Shown here: one piece after another, positions 39,344 to 52,400 of the stretch
Position numbering within the stretch: the stretch's first letter is position 1
Layout: every line of letters starts with the position of its first letter
From: Microthyrium microscopicum
Lineage: Eukaryota
DNA length: 64,000 nucleotides
NCBI GenBank assembly: GCA_010405405.1
Contig: MU004230.1
Span: 1,956,627 to 2,020,626, forward strand
Direction: 5' to 3'
Notes under the pieces: model-generated
What the model was told of the DNA's origin: nothing
Databases searched by the model: none
What the model saw: only the letters and a program-made list of their open reading frames with translations
Made by a program: the position numbers and the translations under genes

Positions 39344-40048
39344 TCATTTGAGTACACGGTCGAAGGTATCACCTCTCACAGATCCTCCACCCATGGCTTG
39401 TCGCACATTGCGAACGAAGCCTTGTCGGTCTGTCTTGAGGTTCTCAGCGGCTTCTTTGTTCAGAGGATCGGATGCGTTAGGCTCGAGGAACAGCAGCTGT
39501 AACAGTCATATTAATATCCAAGTGGAGCACGAAAATAAGATTGTTGATCGTACCTGTAATCCAACTATGACCGCATTCAGGTTCAGAACGGGTTTCCATT
39601 CCTCTCGAAGGATGTTTAGACACACGTTGCCTTGAGTATCGATGTTGGGATGGTAAATCTTTTGCTTGCATTTCACCTTTGGCGGGTCGTGTGGGAAGTT
39701 TTGGTTGATTGCGAAGGTGAACACGAAACGACCACCCTTGTACATGCCCTCGTCGGGCTCGATGGTGAGGAGGAAGTTAAGGATATCGTCAGCATCGGGA
39801 AAGTCGACTTTCATGGTAGAGGGAAGGGAGAGTTCTGAGAGATCTATTGTTGTCAGTTTCGGCGCAGAAGAATCCAACGAAGGCTGAGCAAACCATTCTG
39901 TACTCGCAACTGAGCGGCTGTAACCTTCTTCTTCTTGCCGACAACAGCATTCTCAGCCTGCTGCTGCTCCTTTTTCTAATTTTGAGTTAGTCCTGAGTCT
40001 TACGCTAGCCAAAGCTTATAACCCTACCATAGACCATATCTTTAGCAT
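39344..40048 (-). CDS. UBC12: NEDD8-conjugating enzyme Ubc12, 4 exons
   Basis: MLKIWSM/KK N-terminal extension, [60 protein letters not shown]. Confidence 0.95.
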
Positions 40049-40771
40049 CTTGGCTATCGCACGGTTTCTCGACGGAGTGGATTACGATACGCTGGGACGA
40101 TAGTAGGACCCAAAAGTAGCGGCTTGATACCCTAGATGCCCGTATTGACTATCTAGACAGATTTGCCCTTCTATTCAATCAGGTATACAAGGAAAATGTG
40201 CAATCGTCGCGTTGGGCTTCGTAGAGATTATGGGTGCGGCGGGGTTTTGTTGGTGGCGAACTGTTTGACACAACGGAATAAAAAGTGAGTAAGTGGGAGA
40301 CTAGGCAGATAGAGCCTGGGGAGTCAAGCGTTCGAAGTGACAGCGTATTAGGTGGAAGAGACTCCGGAATTGAGAGTCTTGGTGGTGAGGGAAAGGTCAA
40401 GTTTCACTGTTAGCGAGCCTGGAATCTTCTTCGTAAACTTGCGGAATTAGGTACCAACCGGGGTCTAAAGCCATGTGGCGATTTCGGGAAGGAACGCCAC
40501 ATATCCATCCTAGCGCTATCAAACCTCCTCGATAGAAAAGTCGTTGTATCATGTACTCTACTCAACCTCAAAGCCAGTAATTAATTGTTCAAAGTCCCGG
40601 GTATCGATTGTTAGAGTTTGACTCTTCTATCTCATTGCTACCTTCGATGTGCATCAGTCAATCGCAAGATGCTCCACAATTTACATCCCGATTCCCGTCC
40701 TCAAGGAGTCAACCACTTTTCCTGAGAAGTATGTTATTCTAAAGCCCAACTCTGGACTTGCATACCACTCG

Positions 40772-41737
40772 CTATTTGTAGAATACAAACGCTCGAACTT
40801 CTATGCTCTCCCTAGGCTCTTTGTCTTCATGCTGTGAGTCATGGAAGGCAGAGTGTGGAACTCGCCGGGCAACCGAGTCAACCGTATCAAAGCATTTGAT
40901 CAGCATCACCTCATTGGGCTTCTGTTCATACTTAAAGTACCAGTTATGAGCTGGATTGGGTTTGATCGTCCACGTCTCGCGTTGGTGATCCGGATAGATG
41001 ACTTTTGCAGCGACGAGATCCGCTTCAGAGATGGACTTAGCGTCCGCTACAGCCAGAGGGTCTTTGTAGATGGTGCGAATTGGACGCCAGGCCTGGGCTA
41101 AACATCAGCATTGATGCGAAAAGCCAGAGGAAGCAAATCTAGAAGCGATTGTTACCACGTACGTTGATAATCTGCCAGCGCTTCTTGAGCAGGTCTTCTG
41201 CTTCATCTGGAAAGAAGCGGCGGACCAGAAACTCTGCGCCCTCGTATGATTGATCGATATGAACTCGATGAAGGGGTCCACGCTTCGATGAGTTGTTGGG
41301 GCCAAGTTTGTGCCAATCCGACGGCCCTCTACGGACTTTGTGGTCGAATATAAAAGTTCGTTCTGCACCAGTGACAGCCTTCAGGAGTTCCTCGCACTCC
41401 GCAAAGTATTCTTTCTTGATCTGCTGTACATCTTGATATCCTTCTTCTATGCATTTGGTCCTGGGCTCATGATGGACGAGTTGAAAGCCGTAGCTGTCAA
41501 GTGTGTACTTTTGTTCCTCGTTGCTGATATCCAATACCTTTACTTCTGTAGAGATTGCTGCCCTTTCATTTTTCACTGAAGTCCTCCATACTATTAGTTT
41601 GATAGAGAGTAATATGCTAGAAAGGATATGACCTACCCGCCTACAACTACTGGTGCTGGGGGTGAGCCATCACCAGGATCATCATAGTAATTTAGCGCTG
41701 TAGCAACAACACGCTGTGCCTTCTTATTAGTATTCAT
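40772..41737 (-). CDS. CmcJ/NvfI/AsaB-like oxidoreductase (cephem-methoxylase P8-chain family), 3 exons
   Basis: LNYYDDPGDGSPP, YTLDSYGFQLVHH, TGAERTFIFDHKVRR, GPLHRVHIDQS, RWQIIN/AWRPI, RVPHSAF, RESIEVRAFVF. Confidence 0.85.
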
Positions 41738-42076
41738 GTGGATCCTACCAGCGAAGGTCGGTTTTCAAGGAATATAACAGTGATTTCAACCAGATGGGTT
41801 TTGTTATATGGATGCTGGAAAGAATTATGATGGTAAGGATGTTGCAAATTACCCTGAACCGGCAGTTGACATGATCCAATTATCTCTTCTGTCTCTTCTG
41901 GGTTAGCTTATTCGGCATCTTGTCTTTTGACAACGCAAACAATGGAATCACAAATGTTATTTGTCCTGTATACATGCGAATTCTAACGGTTTATTGAATG
42001 CAATGGGATATATAGCATTTTCTGATAACATCGAGGTATTATAGTACAGCATCATGCATGTGAGCACATCTTTCAA

Positions 42077-43718
42077 TCAAGCCAGCCACCCTTTGATAAT
42101 TTCTGTAATCGTATTTTGAACCTAGATGTTCGTTAGATCAAGTTGCAATACCGGAATTTCAGGCTCATACCAGATCAAGCTCAGAATTAAAGCCTACCGG
42201 CTCCCCAATATTCGAGAAAAAGTCTTCTGTATGGCTCAACCCAGGCATAAAGACAATTCTAGTCGAGTTGGAAGATGTCGGCATGTCAAAAGTTGGAGGT
42301 CCATAAGCTGTAGTTGGGTCATAGCCCTGTTGTGTAATCAAAAGCCTTCCGACACTCTCCAATCTTTCCTTAGATACATCGAAGGTGTTGATCCAGTATT
42401 GACTTGACTCGTTGAAGTGTGGGCCCGTCCATTCAGGAACAGCACATGTCACTGGTACGTTCTGTGGCGGGAACATGCTTCCATTGCGGACTGAAAAGAT
42501 GTTATAAATCATGTAATTGCATTCAATCCATTCCCAGCTTTTCATTGCGACGTCAGCAACAGCTCCACCAGTGATGTTCGGAGATTTCCAGTCTAGACAC
42601 TGGCTTTGGTTGAGTTGCCAGTTTAGAAGCATTGCTGGAATCCGGAGAATGCTTCCGGTGTCGTTGACTTGAAGAGTCTGGTTTAAAATGTGCTGTAGAG
42701 GAAGACTTATTGGAAATGAAGTTGGTATGCGACTGTTGAACTGTGTGGCGTAGGTATAGGCCGATTCAACTGCAGAATAGAGTTCTAGCCATTCTGTGGA
42801 ATTGGCAGGCTGCGGACCACAGAGATGAAACTTGCCAGAAATCGAATTGCATGCTTCTTCTAATATTTGTAAGTGATGAATACAGTGAAGTCTTGGTCTA
42901 ATACTTACCACTTATAGCACACGACTCAAAATCGTACATTGCTTTACTAATCTTCGTGGAGGCTTCAAAAGACTGGTCTTGAAAGACTCTCGAGATCTGT
43001 TTACTTCCATTAGAACTAAGTATTTTGCTCGGATGCTTTACTTGCATAATCCCAGCGATTGAATCTATCCGGATTATCTGCTTGAGAGCCAAATGCCGAC
43101 AAAGGTGGAGCAGAAGCCCAGGCTGCATAGAACGTCTCTGGATGTTGAGTCCTTGCTACAGTTGCTAGAAAGCCACCATATGAGCCTTGCGCCAGGTAGT
43201 CAGCAAATGATTAGTAGAAACAATTCAAGTCTTCCAGTCAGCCTACCTCCATTTATAACAACTTTGGCATTTGAAGCGCCTGCGACAGTTTGCTTGACCC
43301 AATTCACAAAGTTTACAGCGTCCAACAGTACGTTTTCCAAAGTCAACACCGCAAAGTCTTTTGCAGTGACATTTGCAATTCCGACCCCAGCAGGGAAGCT
43401 GTCACCAAAAAAGCGATGTTCCAGGCCAGCGACAATGGCCCCCAGCTCTCCTGCTATGTCATCGAAATGGTTGTATTCAAGACAGTTGATTTGTGAACTT
43501 TCGGCGCCTTGGTAGAATAGAATCGGACCGCCAGGTTTGTACCGAGATGTGTCTAGTTGATAGCTTTGATGGAAGGTCGTTTTGTTGGTAGAGTTGTGAT
43601 CCAACAGCTGGGCGAACTGGCGTACTACATATTTGGGACATTGCGCTGCAGAGACTTTTGCTAAAAGCTGCATTACCGTGCAGAGAAAGACAAAGAAACG
43701 AAGTGTAGTAGTCCGCAT
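42077..43718 (-). CDS. Secreted serine peptidase family S28 (prolylcarboxypeptidase-like), 4 exons
   Basis: Signal peptide, QLLDHN, YKPGGPILFYQGAE, LEHRFFGDSFP, spliced GG/SYGG nucleophile motif, GYDP, LSHTED. Confidence 0.9.
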
Positions 43719-44116
43719 ATTGTGGTAAGTTTGTCAAGTTCAATCGGATGGTTGAAGTGTTTTGCGACATCCTCAACACGAGAGTCTAGAGAGTATTTTA
43801 TAGCTTCTTGGTCGAGCCATGACGTTGAAACAATCAACAATTCATTGTGATGATAATGGTAAATTCTTTTCGAGCTCCGCGGTGATGCCATGGTGAGTCG
43901 TCCATGATTTCCTAATCCGGTTGCATGTCGCATTGTGGAACTCCGCCATCCGCCTACCTGCATTGAGGCTCAGCCGCTAATGGATCGACAAGCAGATCAA
44001 CCATCCTGCAGCGGGCGATGATAGACAACACTGCCTTATTTATCGCAAGATGCCTCCCGACTTGGTAGAAAACACAGCTCCCGATGTTCATCGTCGAGTA
44101 TAATGGTTGGAGTTCG

Positions 44117-44298
44117 TATGACGGCTCATAACGGCCACCCTAGCCAGTTTAGCAAAACCAAAAAGTACAAAGCTCTACATTTTATAAATACAATATTCCT
44201 ATACCCATTTCCCTATTTTAGCGCTTTAGATAAATTCTAAAAGAGATATTCAAAAATTACATATTTTTTAATACCTAAATTAAGGTAATTAGTAATAA
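44117..44298 (+). repeat. Left terminal inverted repeat (182 bp)
   Basis: TATGACGGCTCATAACGGCCACCCTAG...TAAGGTAATTAGTAATAA aligns without gaps to the reverse complement of 55345-55526 (about 16 mismatches by eye). Confidence 0.96.
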
Positions 44299-44317
44299 TA
44301 ACTATAATATAGCAATA

Positions 44318-44593
44318 GTATAGCTATATTAGTAGGTAAAGTATAGCTATATTAGTAAGCAAAGTATAGCTACGTTAATAAAAAAGGGTAAGATAAGTAT
44401 AGCTACGTTAGTAAGTAAGGTATAGCTACGTTAGTAGGCAAGATATAGCTACGTTAGTAGACAAGGTATAACTATATTAGTAAGTAAGGTATAATTACGT
44501 TAGTAAGTAAGGCGCTAAGAAAGATATAGCTATATTAACAATAAAGGTAACAAGAAAGATATAGCTACATTAACGAGAAAGGTATAGCTATAT
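44318..44593. repeat. Subterminal tandem array of about 11 degenerate 23-bp units (GTATAGCTACGTTAGTAAGTAAG-like)
   Basis: Units read directly just inside the left TIR. Differences between units are mostly C/T and G/A. Confidence 0.9.
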
Positions 44594-44749
44594 ATTATTA
44601 ATTAAGGTAATATAATTAGTATATATATAGATTAGTAATAAAAATTAATTAAGAAAGGCTTTTAATTCTTAACGATATACTAATAGGTAGAAGTTAACTA
44701 TTATTATAAAATCTAATATAAAGTATAGTATTTTTCTCTTCTTCTTTAG

Positions 44750-46480
44750 TATTAGTTATACCTCCTAGGCAACTTTCATTATACTAAATACTTATATTAA
44801 TTTAATTATATACTAAGCCTCTATTAAGAGCTTAGTATTAACTAAAGGCTATACTAATACTAAGGTTTATAAATAGCTTCTTAATAAATATAGTATAGAG
44901 GTTTCTATTCAAACTATTTATTAAAGAATTAATAAATAGGGGATTTAAAGAAGAACTATATAGCTTAATAAAAATTTAAAGAACGTAATAAAAGCTTTGT
45001 TTTACGTCTTTAATAGCAATAAGAGGGAGATAATATATACCCTATAAGATTATAGGTATAAACTTTCCTAAAAGACTTTATAATAATATTACTAAAGGCT
45101 TAGAATATCTTATTAATAAGACTATAGATTATATTAAGAGTTCTACAAAGTATACTTTAAGGATAATTATAATACAATTTAGTATAAGCTTTAATAATCC
45201 TATCTTAGTATTATAAATTATAGATACTATATATTAGCAATAAGAATTAGAGCTTAGAGACGTAATATACCTCTAAGAAATATTCATTTTATCTAACAAT
45301 AATTAGATCTAGAAGCTACTACTACTTAATAGAAATAAGTATATTAAAAATAGGGCAAATATAAAGTTAAAAGTCTAGATTATATTTAGTCTATTAATAA
45401 GTATAATAAACTAAAGCAATTTAGCTTTAAGATTTATAGCTATATTAACGCCTACTTAAGACATCTTAACTATTATAATATTAGTATATTAAATAAGATA
45501 AGTATTAGTTATCTCTACTAATACTTAGATTATTTAGAAAGTAGATTAATTTAGCTATAATTTATTTAATTAGACTAAGGTAGTGAAATAATTATACTTG
45601 CTAATACTTATTATAAATTCTTACTTACTTATAAACTTAACCTTTATTTTAAGGACTATTTCTTATATAGGATAAGTATTACTAACTAATAGATAGAACG
45701 TTAATAAGGAAATCTTAGTAAATCTATACTAAATAAATAGAGAGTAAGTTTTATCTTATTAAAGTAATACTAATATATATTCTAAAAGATATACTAATTC
45801 CCTATAGAAGTTTTTTAAGTAGCTTTAAAGAGATAGCAAATTTTTATAAGATAGACTTACTAATTATATTATAATACTAGCTATATTTATACTTATCTTA
45901 TAAGATATTATTACTAGATACGTTTATAACTAGAATAATTATAAGTTAACTAATACTAAGAAAAGGCGCCCTAATACTATTAATAGAAAGCTATAGCACC
46001 TATATAATTATCCTTAGAACGTAGAGAAGATTAGCTTACTAATTAATCTTAAACTTATCTACATAGTAAAGTAATAAGCTAGTAACTAGAATAAAGATAC
46101 CTATCTATCTAAAAAAACCCTCTAATAATACTAATAAGAACTATAGTAGATAGGGTTTAATCCCTCTATAGATTCTTTTAGCAACGCCTAAAATTACTAA
46201 AGAAAGACTAATCTATTTAGAAGCATTTACTTAATTCTAAAGAGTATACTAAATAAATATATTCTTAGTAAATAGTTACTAATTATGTATCTTTTAGTAA
46301 TACTAAGCAATAGAGAGAATTAGATTAAAGCTAATCCTAGTTAGCTTACTATAGTTGTACTAGCTAATATAGAATAAGATAAAGTTAGGAAATTTATTAA
46401 AGTAAAGATAGCTAAGTTCTATACTATATTAGATATAGTAAGGATAGACTACTTTTATATAGAGTAAGCTCTATATTCTA
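44750..46480 (+). pseudogene. RIP-mutated DDE transposase (IS3/IS481 integrase-core, IS3EU-like); outer boundaries approximate
   Basis: In one frame, reversing only C>T/G>A changes gives NYGYRML, LDPEA, Y.VKGPDYIWSIDGYDKLKQFGFEIYGCIDAYSR, FIRSDRGSET, LYGTSVANQRIERWW. After a probable intron it gives YVHNWNNH and GKPWHLYNYP. Catalytic codons at 45396, 45573 and 45696. Confidence 0.85.
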
Positions 46481-49400
46481 ATAATAAGTCTTAGCTTACT
46501 TATTATAATACTTTACTATAAATAACGCTTTTCTAGTAGATAGATAATATATTTCTTAATTACTCTTTATCTAAGAAACTTAATTCTATTATATAAGAAC
46601 TTACTCTCTACTAATATATATATTAGGTTAATACTTATTTATTTCTTTAATATTTATACTCTTATATTTTTAATTTTATATTTATTATATTAGCTTTAGG
46701 CTCCTTTCGTAGACTTACTTAGATACTTAACTCCTAACTAAAAGGCATACTATGTCTAGCTTACTAGGATATAGATATAGCTTAGTAAAGAAGTTATAAT
46801 TAGAATATAGGTATAGAGTATTCTTTTTACTTCTAAGAAACTAGTATTTACTAAGTAAAGAGAATACCTTAACTAATAGAGAAGTAATTAAAAAAGAATC
46901 CTTAACTCTAAGTTAGATTACTACTAGAATTAGTAGTAATTAAAGAAGAAACTATTATTTATAATATTAAGTTATATCTATCGCCTACCTAATAAGTTTC
47001 TATAATTAAGACTAAATAATTTAGGTCTATAGGTAGTAGCCCTATATCCTTACTTAATTTATATATTTAAATAAAGGATTATTAGGATAGAGAAGAAGAT
47101 ATGCTAATATAAATAGAGTCTAAAGCTTTTATTACCTAGTTAGCTCCTTACCTAAACCTAGTATTAGTTAGGAATATAAAAATAGGTTAGCTTTAAAGTA
47201 TTAAAGATAATTTAAGTTTAATATATTAAAGCGCTAAAAAGACTTAAACTAAATAGCTTTATAATTTTAATACTTAGAAGCTTTTTTATAATAATATACT
47301 ACTAGATAGTAAAGAGATATTCTAAAAAGTAGCCTAAATAAGTAAGTTTACTAACTTACTAATAGAATATAGACTATTAGCTAATAAGAGCTAGGTTTTT
47401 TTAGTAGTATTATCTATTAGAGTAATATAGATAGTATTTTATACTTTATTATAAAGATCTTATTTAAGCATCTAGACTAGGATATTATTAAATAGTTTTA
47501 GGTATTATATAATAAGAGCAAAGGTATAAAGTCCTATATCTTCTTTTATAACGATATAGAGGATACCTAAGGAGGTATAGATAAAACTAAAAAAAAAGAA
47601 CTAAGGTTTAATAAGGTTAGTAAAATATACAACGAACCTTAGAGCTTAGAAGATTTTTTTAAGAATAGGCTATTTAAGCTAAAGAAGAAAAAGGGGACAA
47701 GTAAAGCATAATTTAATATTAACCTCGTCTTTTAGATTATAAGAATAAATTATAAGGCTTAGGTAGATTACTATAAGTAACTTAATAACTTAGAAACCCT
47801 AATTTTAAGAGAATAAGGATAACTTAGTAAAATAATACTAAGGCCTAAATATTTAAACACTATATTACCTATACTACTTTTAATTTAAAGTATTAAAAAG
47901 GAGAATAAGCTTAGTAGTACTATTACTATAGTTAATCCTAATACTTTTTAAAAGATTAAGAAAGAGTTTAAGCTAGCTATAATTAATCCTAAGGCTTTCC
48001 TTAACTTAACTAGATAAGGTAATGATAAAGATAAAGTTTCTAGCGAATTTAGTAATTCTAATAATAATAGAGAGCTACTAGAGGATAAAGAGCTACTAAA
48101 GGAAACTAAAGGTAATAATAACTATAAACTATACTTAGAGCTAATAAAGAAAATTCTTACTAAAAAGAAAAAGAAAGGTAATAATATAGAAAAGTTAAAG
48201 CTATAAACTAATAAGGCGCCCTATAAACGTAACGCCTTTAATACTAAGCTATTTAATTAAACCTTTTAAAAGTATAGAAAAGAGCTAGCAGTAAGCCTAA
48301 AATAAAAATAGAAGGAAGTAGAGGCTTAATAAGTTATATAGCTTACTACTAAGAAAGGTCTATAAGGTAGCTTAGGTAGGAAAAAAAAAAAAGGACGTAG
48401 TAATACTAATGAGTAAGATAAATATAGTAATACTACTAGTAGAAACTAATTTATCTTTATATCTCTTTACTAGTACTCTCTAGTTCTTCCTTTAGGTAGT
48501 TTTACTTTATATTACTAATAATATTACTTTTAGGTCTTATCTTTATTTTAATTTATAATATAATAATGCTACTAAGTAGAGCTTACTAAAAGAGGATAGG
48601 CCTAGCGCCTAGCTAGTTAAATAAAATAATATTAGTTTATAAATATAAAATAGCTTCTTATTAATTATTTAAAACGCTAGAGCACTTTAGCCTTAGGCCT
48701 TAGCTTTTACTAGGAATACTAACTAGGAATACTATATAGATAGTAATGCTATCCTTAAGAAGTAGACTATACTAGGCTATGCTAGACCTACTAAAAACTA
48801 GCTACTTTTTATTATTAGATATAGTGTTAATTTCTTTAATTCCTTAAAAAAAATTAATTATTTATTATTCCTTTAAGGCTTTAAGTAAAGAGAATTAAGC
48901 CTTTACGCCGCTTATATAGGCTTTAACTTATATAAGACTAAATAGTTAGGAAAGACTAATGCTTTGTCTTAAATAAGGACTACGTAATCTAACGATATAT
49001 CCTTATAAGGCTATATGTATATTACTAAATAATAAGTAACTAGCTTATTAAACTATAATGCCTTATCTTTATATTACTAAACTAAGCCCCTCTAAATCCT
49101 TAAGTAGTTTATTAACTTATAAGTCAAACCTAAGTAAACGTTAGTAAGTATAGTAATTAATATGACTTAGTAAAAAGAAGTTATAAAGTAGGATATAAAA
49201 AACTAGTATATAATAATAAAAAAAGTAAATAATAAGCTTAAGGGTAAGTAATATATAATATTTTTATAAACACGCTAGAAACAAAACCTAAATTAATAAC
49301 TAAATTAATTAAAAGCTATACTAAACTAAGAATCTAAATACTAAGGAGTTATTAGTTAAGTATTAATATAATTCTATAAAAAAATTAGTTATGTTTCTAT

Positions 49401-52400
49401 CTAATAATATTAACTACTTACTAAGAAATATAATAATAGTAGTTAAGCTCTAACTCTAATTCTAAAAAGACTTTTATAGCCTACTAATCTATAGAAGAGT
49501 TATAGTCTTGTTTAAGATAGATATAATATTAATTAATAGGAAATAACTTAAGAAGAGTTAATAAAGTTAATTATTAAGCCACTAGGTACTTAAAAATATA
49601 GATAGTAAGTCTTTTAATATCTAGACTATATCTTTCTAAGACTTTTTAATTAAGAGTAACTCTATTTTTTTCCTTATATATAATATAGTTATCTATATCC
49701 TTATTATTAAATTTATAATAGCACTCTAATAACCTCTTGCTATTATATTTATAAAAAGAGTAGCCTTTATTAAAGTTAACCTCCTAAACTAATTACTTAT
49801 TCTCTCCTTATTCTTTCTTAATCTTTACTCTATTTATCTCTTTTAAAGCTCTTAAAGATATATTAATTTTTTTAGCATTATTTAAAATATAAATAAGCTA
49901 ATAGTACTCTTTTTATTTAGTACTATCTATCTAAATAAAGCTTACCTTAGCCTTACTTATATTTTTAAGAATTCTTCTTACTTGCTTATATAATCTTTAT
50001 AATCTACTTTAAAAACGTATTAATAATATTAATACGCCCTTACCTTCTAAAAGATTTAAGTTACTAAACTTAACTAATAAGCCTATCGTATTACTATTGC
50101 GATCTATATATATCTTTATTTCTTCTACTTTTAAACGTACCCTAAAAATATTTAACTTCTCTTTACTATCTATATAGCGCTAAAGGTCTTTATAGAAGAG
50201 CTCTAAGTAAAATTCTTTAATTTAATATTATATTATATTAATTTATATCTAGTTATTAGTATTAAGGACTTAATTAAATCTATAACCCTTAAAGTAAATA
50301 TTATTAAGATAATATATAGGACGAAATAAAGCTTATAATTCCTTAGCTACCCCCTAGTAAACTAAGAAAGTAGCTAGAAATGTATAAGCTTTATTTATTT
50401 TAAGGACTTTTTAGCTAAATCTTTCTATATTAGAATATCTTATAAAGTAGCAACTTTAACTATAGAGTAAGATCTAAAGAAAGTTATACCTATATTAACT
50501 TATAATTTTAATCTACTCTTTGTCCTAGATGATATACTACTAAAAGATATACTATATTAAAAGAAAGTTAAATATAACTTATATATACTTCCCTTAGTAT
50601 TTTTAAGTCTTTATCTTTTAATATTAGACCCTAACTACTCCTTAGGTAAATTAAGAAAATAATTAGGGTTTAATATAGCTCTAGAAGAGCTAATACCTAC
50701 CTAAATTAGGATTTTTATTAGTCTAATATTAAGTTAGTATTTTTTTTAATAGTAGAAGAAAGTAGATAAATTCTTACCTATTAGTTATCTTGTTACTAAT
50801 ATATATTTCTTCTACGTAAAGTACTGCCTTAATTAATAATATAGTAGGTAGAGATCTAGTACTTTATTAGTATATATATAATAAAGTCCTTAGTAGAGAT
50901 ATACTATTATGTTAGATATAACTATCTTTCTAAAAAGAAGCACTATTAGCTATACTCTAATTAATATCTATAATATATATCTAAGTTTATAATTAGCTTT
51001 AACTTATTAATATAATACTATCCCTATAGATAGAAGACTTCCTAAAAAAATAAAAGAACTAAATATATAATAAGTATCTAAGGTAAGTAAAGTAGTATAC
51101 TTACTTTACTATCTTAGGCGTAATAATAATAAGTAAAAGTAAATGTATTAAAAAATAACTATTAAAATAAATAAAAATACTAAAGGTAATCTCTACTATC
51201 TTAAAGCAGATTAGTAGATAATAGAATAAATTTAGGACTTACTTAAAGCGTATATTATAAGCTTAAATTTAGCGAAGGATAGCTTATAATATACTTTTTA
51301 TATTTTTATTTTTATTAGTTATAATATATAAAATATAAGCTTACTATTTTATACCCCTAGATATTCTAAATAAATCCTTAGTTTATTCTTAAAGCTATTA
51401 ATTATTACTAGGTAATGAGGTAGATAGATACATAAGCCCTATAAGTTAAAAGTTTAACTACTTAGATTTTATAACATTCCTTTATAAATAAGCGTAACGA
51501 CTAATTAGTAACTACTATAGCTAGTAATATATTTTTAAATATTAGCTAACTCTAAGCTACTCTTTTACTATTTAATTATCTAGTATTTAGATATATACTA
51601 TAGTTACTACTTCTACCTACTAGGGACTAGCACTTTTTAACTTAAGAAGAACGCTACTTAAATAAAGATATTTAGAAATAGTTAATTAGCTTGCCTCTAT
51701 ATATTAATAAACTAATAATAATATTTATTAATATCTATTTACGTTATCTAGTATATATTAATAGAAAGTATATCTCTACCTTTCTTATAATATACTACTA
51801 ATTATATACTAAGTAATAAAGTTTCTCTATTTTTTTAGAGGCTTCTATATCTATATTCTTTTAATAATAATATTTACTACTTTAGATTAATAATATATAC
51901 TAAGATTTTTATCTAAGGAAAAATTAGGTATATTTAAAGTATAACTATTAGTTAATAAATAATATAGTTAAATTACCTTAATAAGGCTACCTAGAGTCCT
52001 TACCTAATAAACTTAACCTTCTTAGAAAAGATATATACTTTATATTAAAGTAAAGAGTATAACCTTTATTATACGTTAGGGCTAATATATTAGATATACT
52101 TATTAATACTAGATTAAGGTAGAATTACTTTTTATAAATAGAAATACTCTTAGTAAAATTAAGAGCCTATAGTTTATATAGGTTAATAATCCTATAACTT
52201 ACTTATACTATTTATATTATTCCTAATATAGTACTTATGCTTCCTAAGGATATAGAGTACTATATAGAATTATCTCTATATATAATAATAATAAAGCTAT
52301 AATAATATTAAAAAGTCTTTATATAGCCTAGTTTAAATGAAAATTATAGTAGAAAATTATAATAGTTAGCTTTAGTTTTTAGGCTTTACCTTCCTCTTAA

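Noticed and set aside
44090..44120. tRNA-like snippet (AGTATAATGGTTGGAGTTCG) at the insertion site, suggesting tRNA targeting
   Set aside because: The A-box-like and GTTCG-like parts are too close together and no cloverleaf forms. The sequence is explained as the TF start codon and first codons.
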